A stretch of DNA of 64,000 bases from Chloroflexota bacterium. GTDB lineage: Bacteria; Chloroflexota; Dehalococcoidia; JACPPT01. A program made the translations under genes and the position numbers. The stretch covers positions 2,723-66,722 of the forward strand of contig JACPPT010000006.1 of the NCBI GenBank assembly GCA_016190815.1, in the 5' to 3' direction. Shown here piece after piece: positions 63,903 to 64,000 of the stretch; the first letter of the stretch is position 1, and each line of letters starts with the position of its first letter. The notes under the pieces were generated by a model. It saw nothing but the letters and a program-made list of their open reading frames with translations, was not told where the DNA came from and made no database searches.

Positions 63903-64000
63903 CGGACTGGCATGAATTTAGCATAAATCTTGCTCGATGGGCAAGTATCAGGAGTGTGCCATAATCCGTGCATTATCTGGCGAAGAGCAGTGTCATGGCG

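Overview
This 64 kb window looks like the chromosome of an anaerobic, selenocysteine-using bacterium, probably Chloroflexi/Dehalococcoidia-like; that placement is inferred from gene content, not proven. GC content appears moderately high and genes are densely packed. I found no rRNA genes, tRNA genes or CRISPR arrays.

Main content, in order:
- An H+-translocating pyrophosphatase gene, cut off at the 5' window edge.
- glyQS followed by an orphan sbcD (no sbcC beside it).
- folK fused to a decayed folP remnant.
- A large metabolic island on the + strand: methylmalonyl-CoA carboxyltransferase 12S, a small subunit, and a 5S subunit with a fused biotinyl domain, followed by an isocitrate-dehydrogenase-family gene, mdh and fumAB. 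Facing it is sdhA-sdhB plus an HdrB-like CCG-domain subunit, with no membrane anchor. Together this is a near-complete Wood-Werkman (methylmalonyl-CoA/succinate) pathway.
- An 11-subunit nuoABCDHIJKLMN operon without nuoEFG. A NUDIX gene and a small DUF2007-like gene sit inside it.
- holA, ychF, doxX and hemW.
- A translationally coupled selB / HD-GYP sensor / NurA-like nuclease / unknown gene / HerA ATPase operon. This is the most unusual locus.
- Leucine dehydrogenase and a small c-type cytochrome lipoprotein.
- A CDF transporter, secDF, cca, def, priA, rplS, trmD and mog.
- A minimal division cluster, mraZ-rsmH-ftsZ, with none of the mur/fts genes between rsmH and ftsZ.
- nrdR and a class II nrdJ with NrdR boxes upstream.
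- A collagen-like lipoprotein and an SDR epimerase.

Non-coding highlights:
- Two distinct MITE-like repeat families, each present twice. One copy is inserted into the 3' end of hemW and keeps 10-bp target-site duplications.
- G/C-tract palindromic repeats in two long leader regions.
- A textbook MraZ operator of TGGGN repeats phased at 10 bp.
- A bidirectional terminator pair.

Coordinates near 5040 are uncertain by about 1 nt. The displayed text and the ORF-track translation disagree there.
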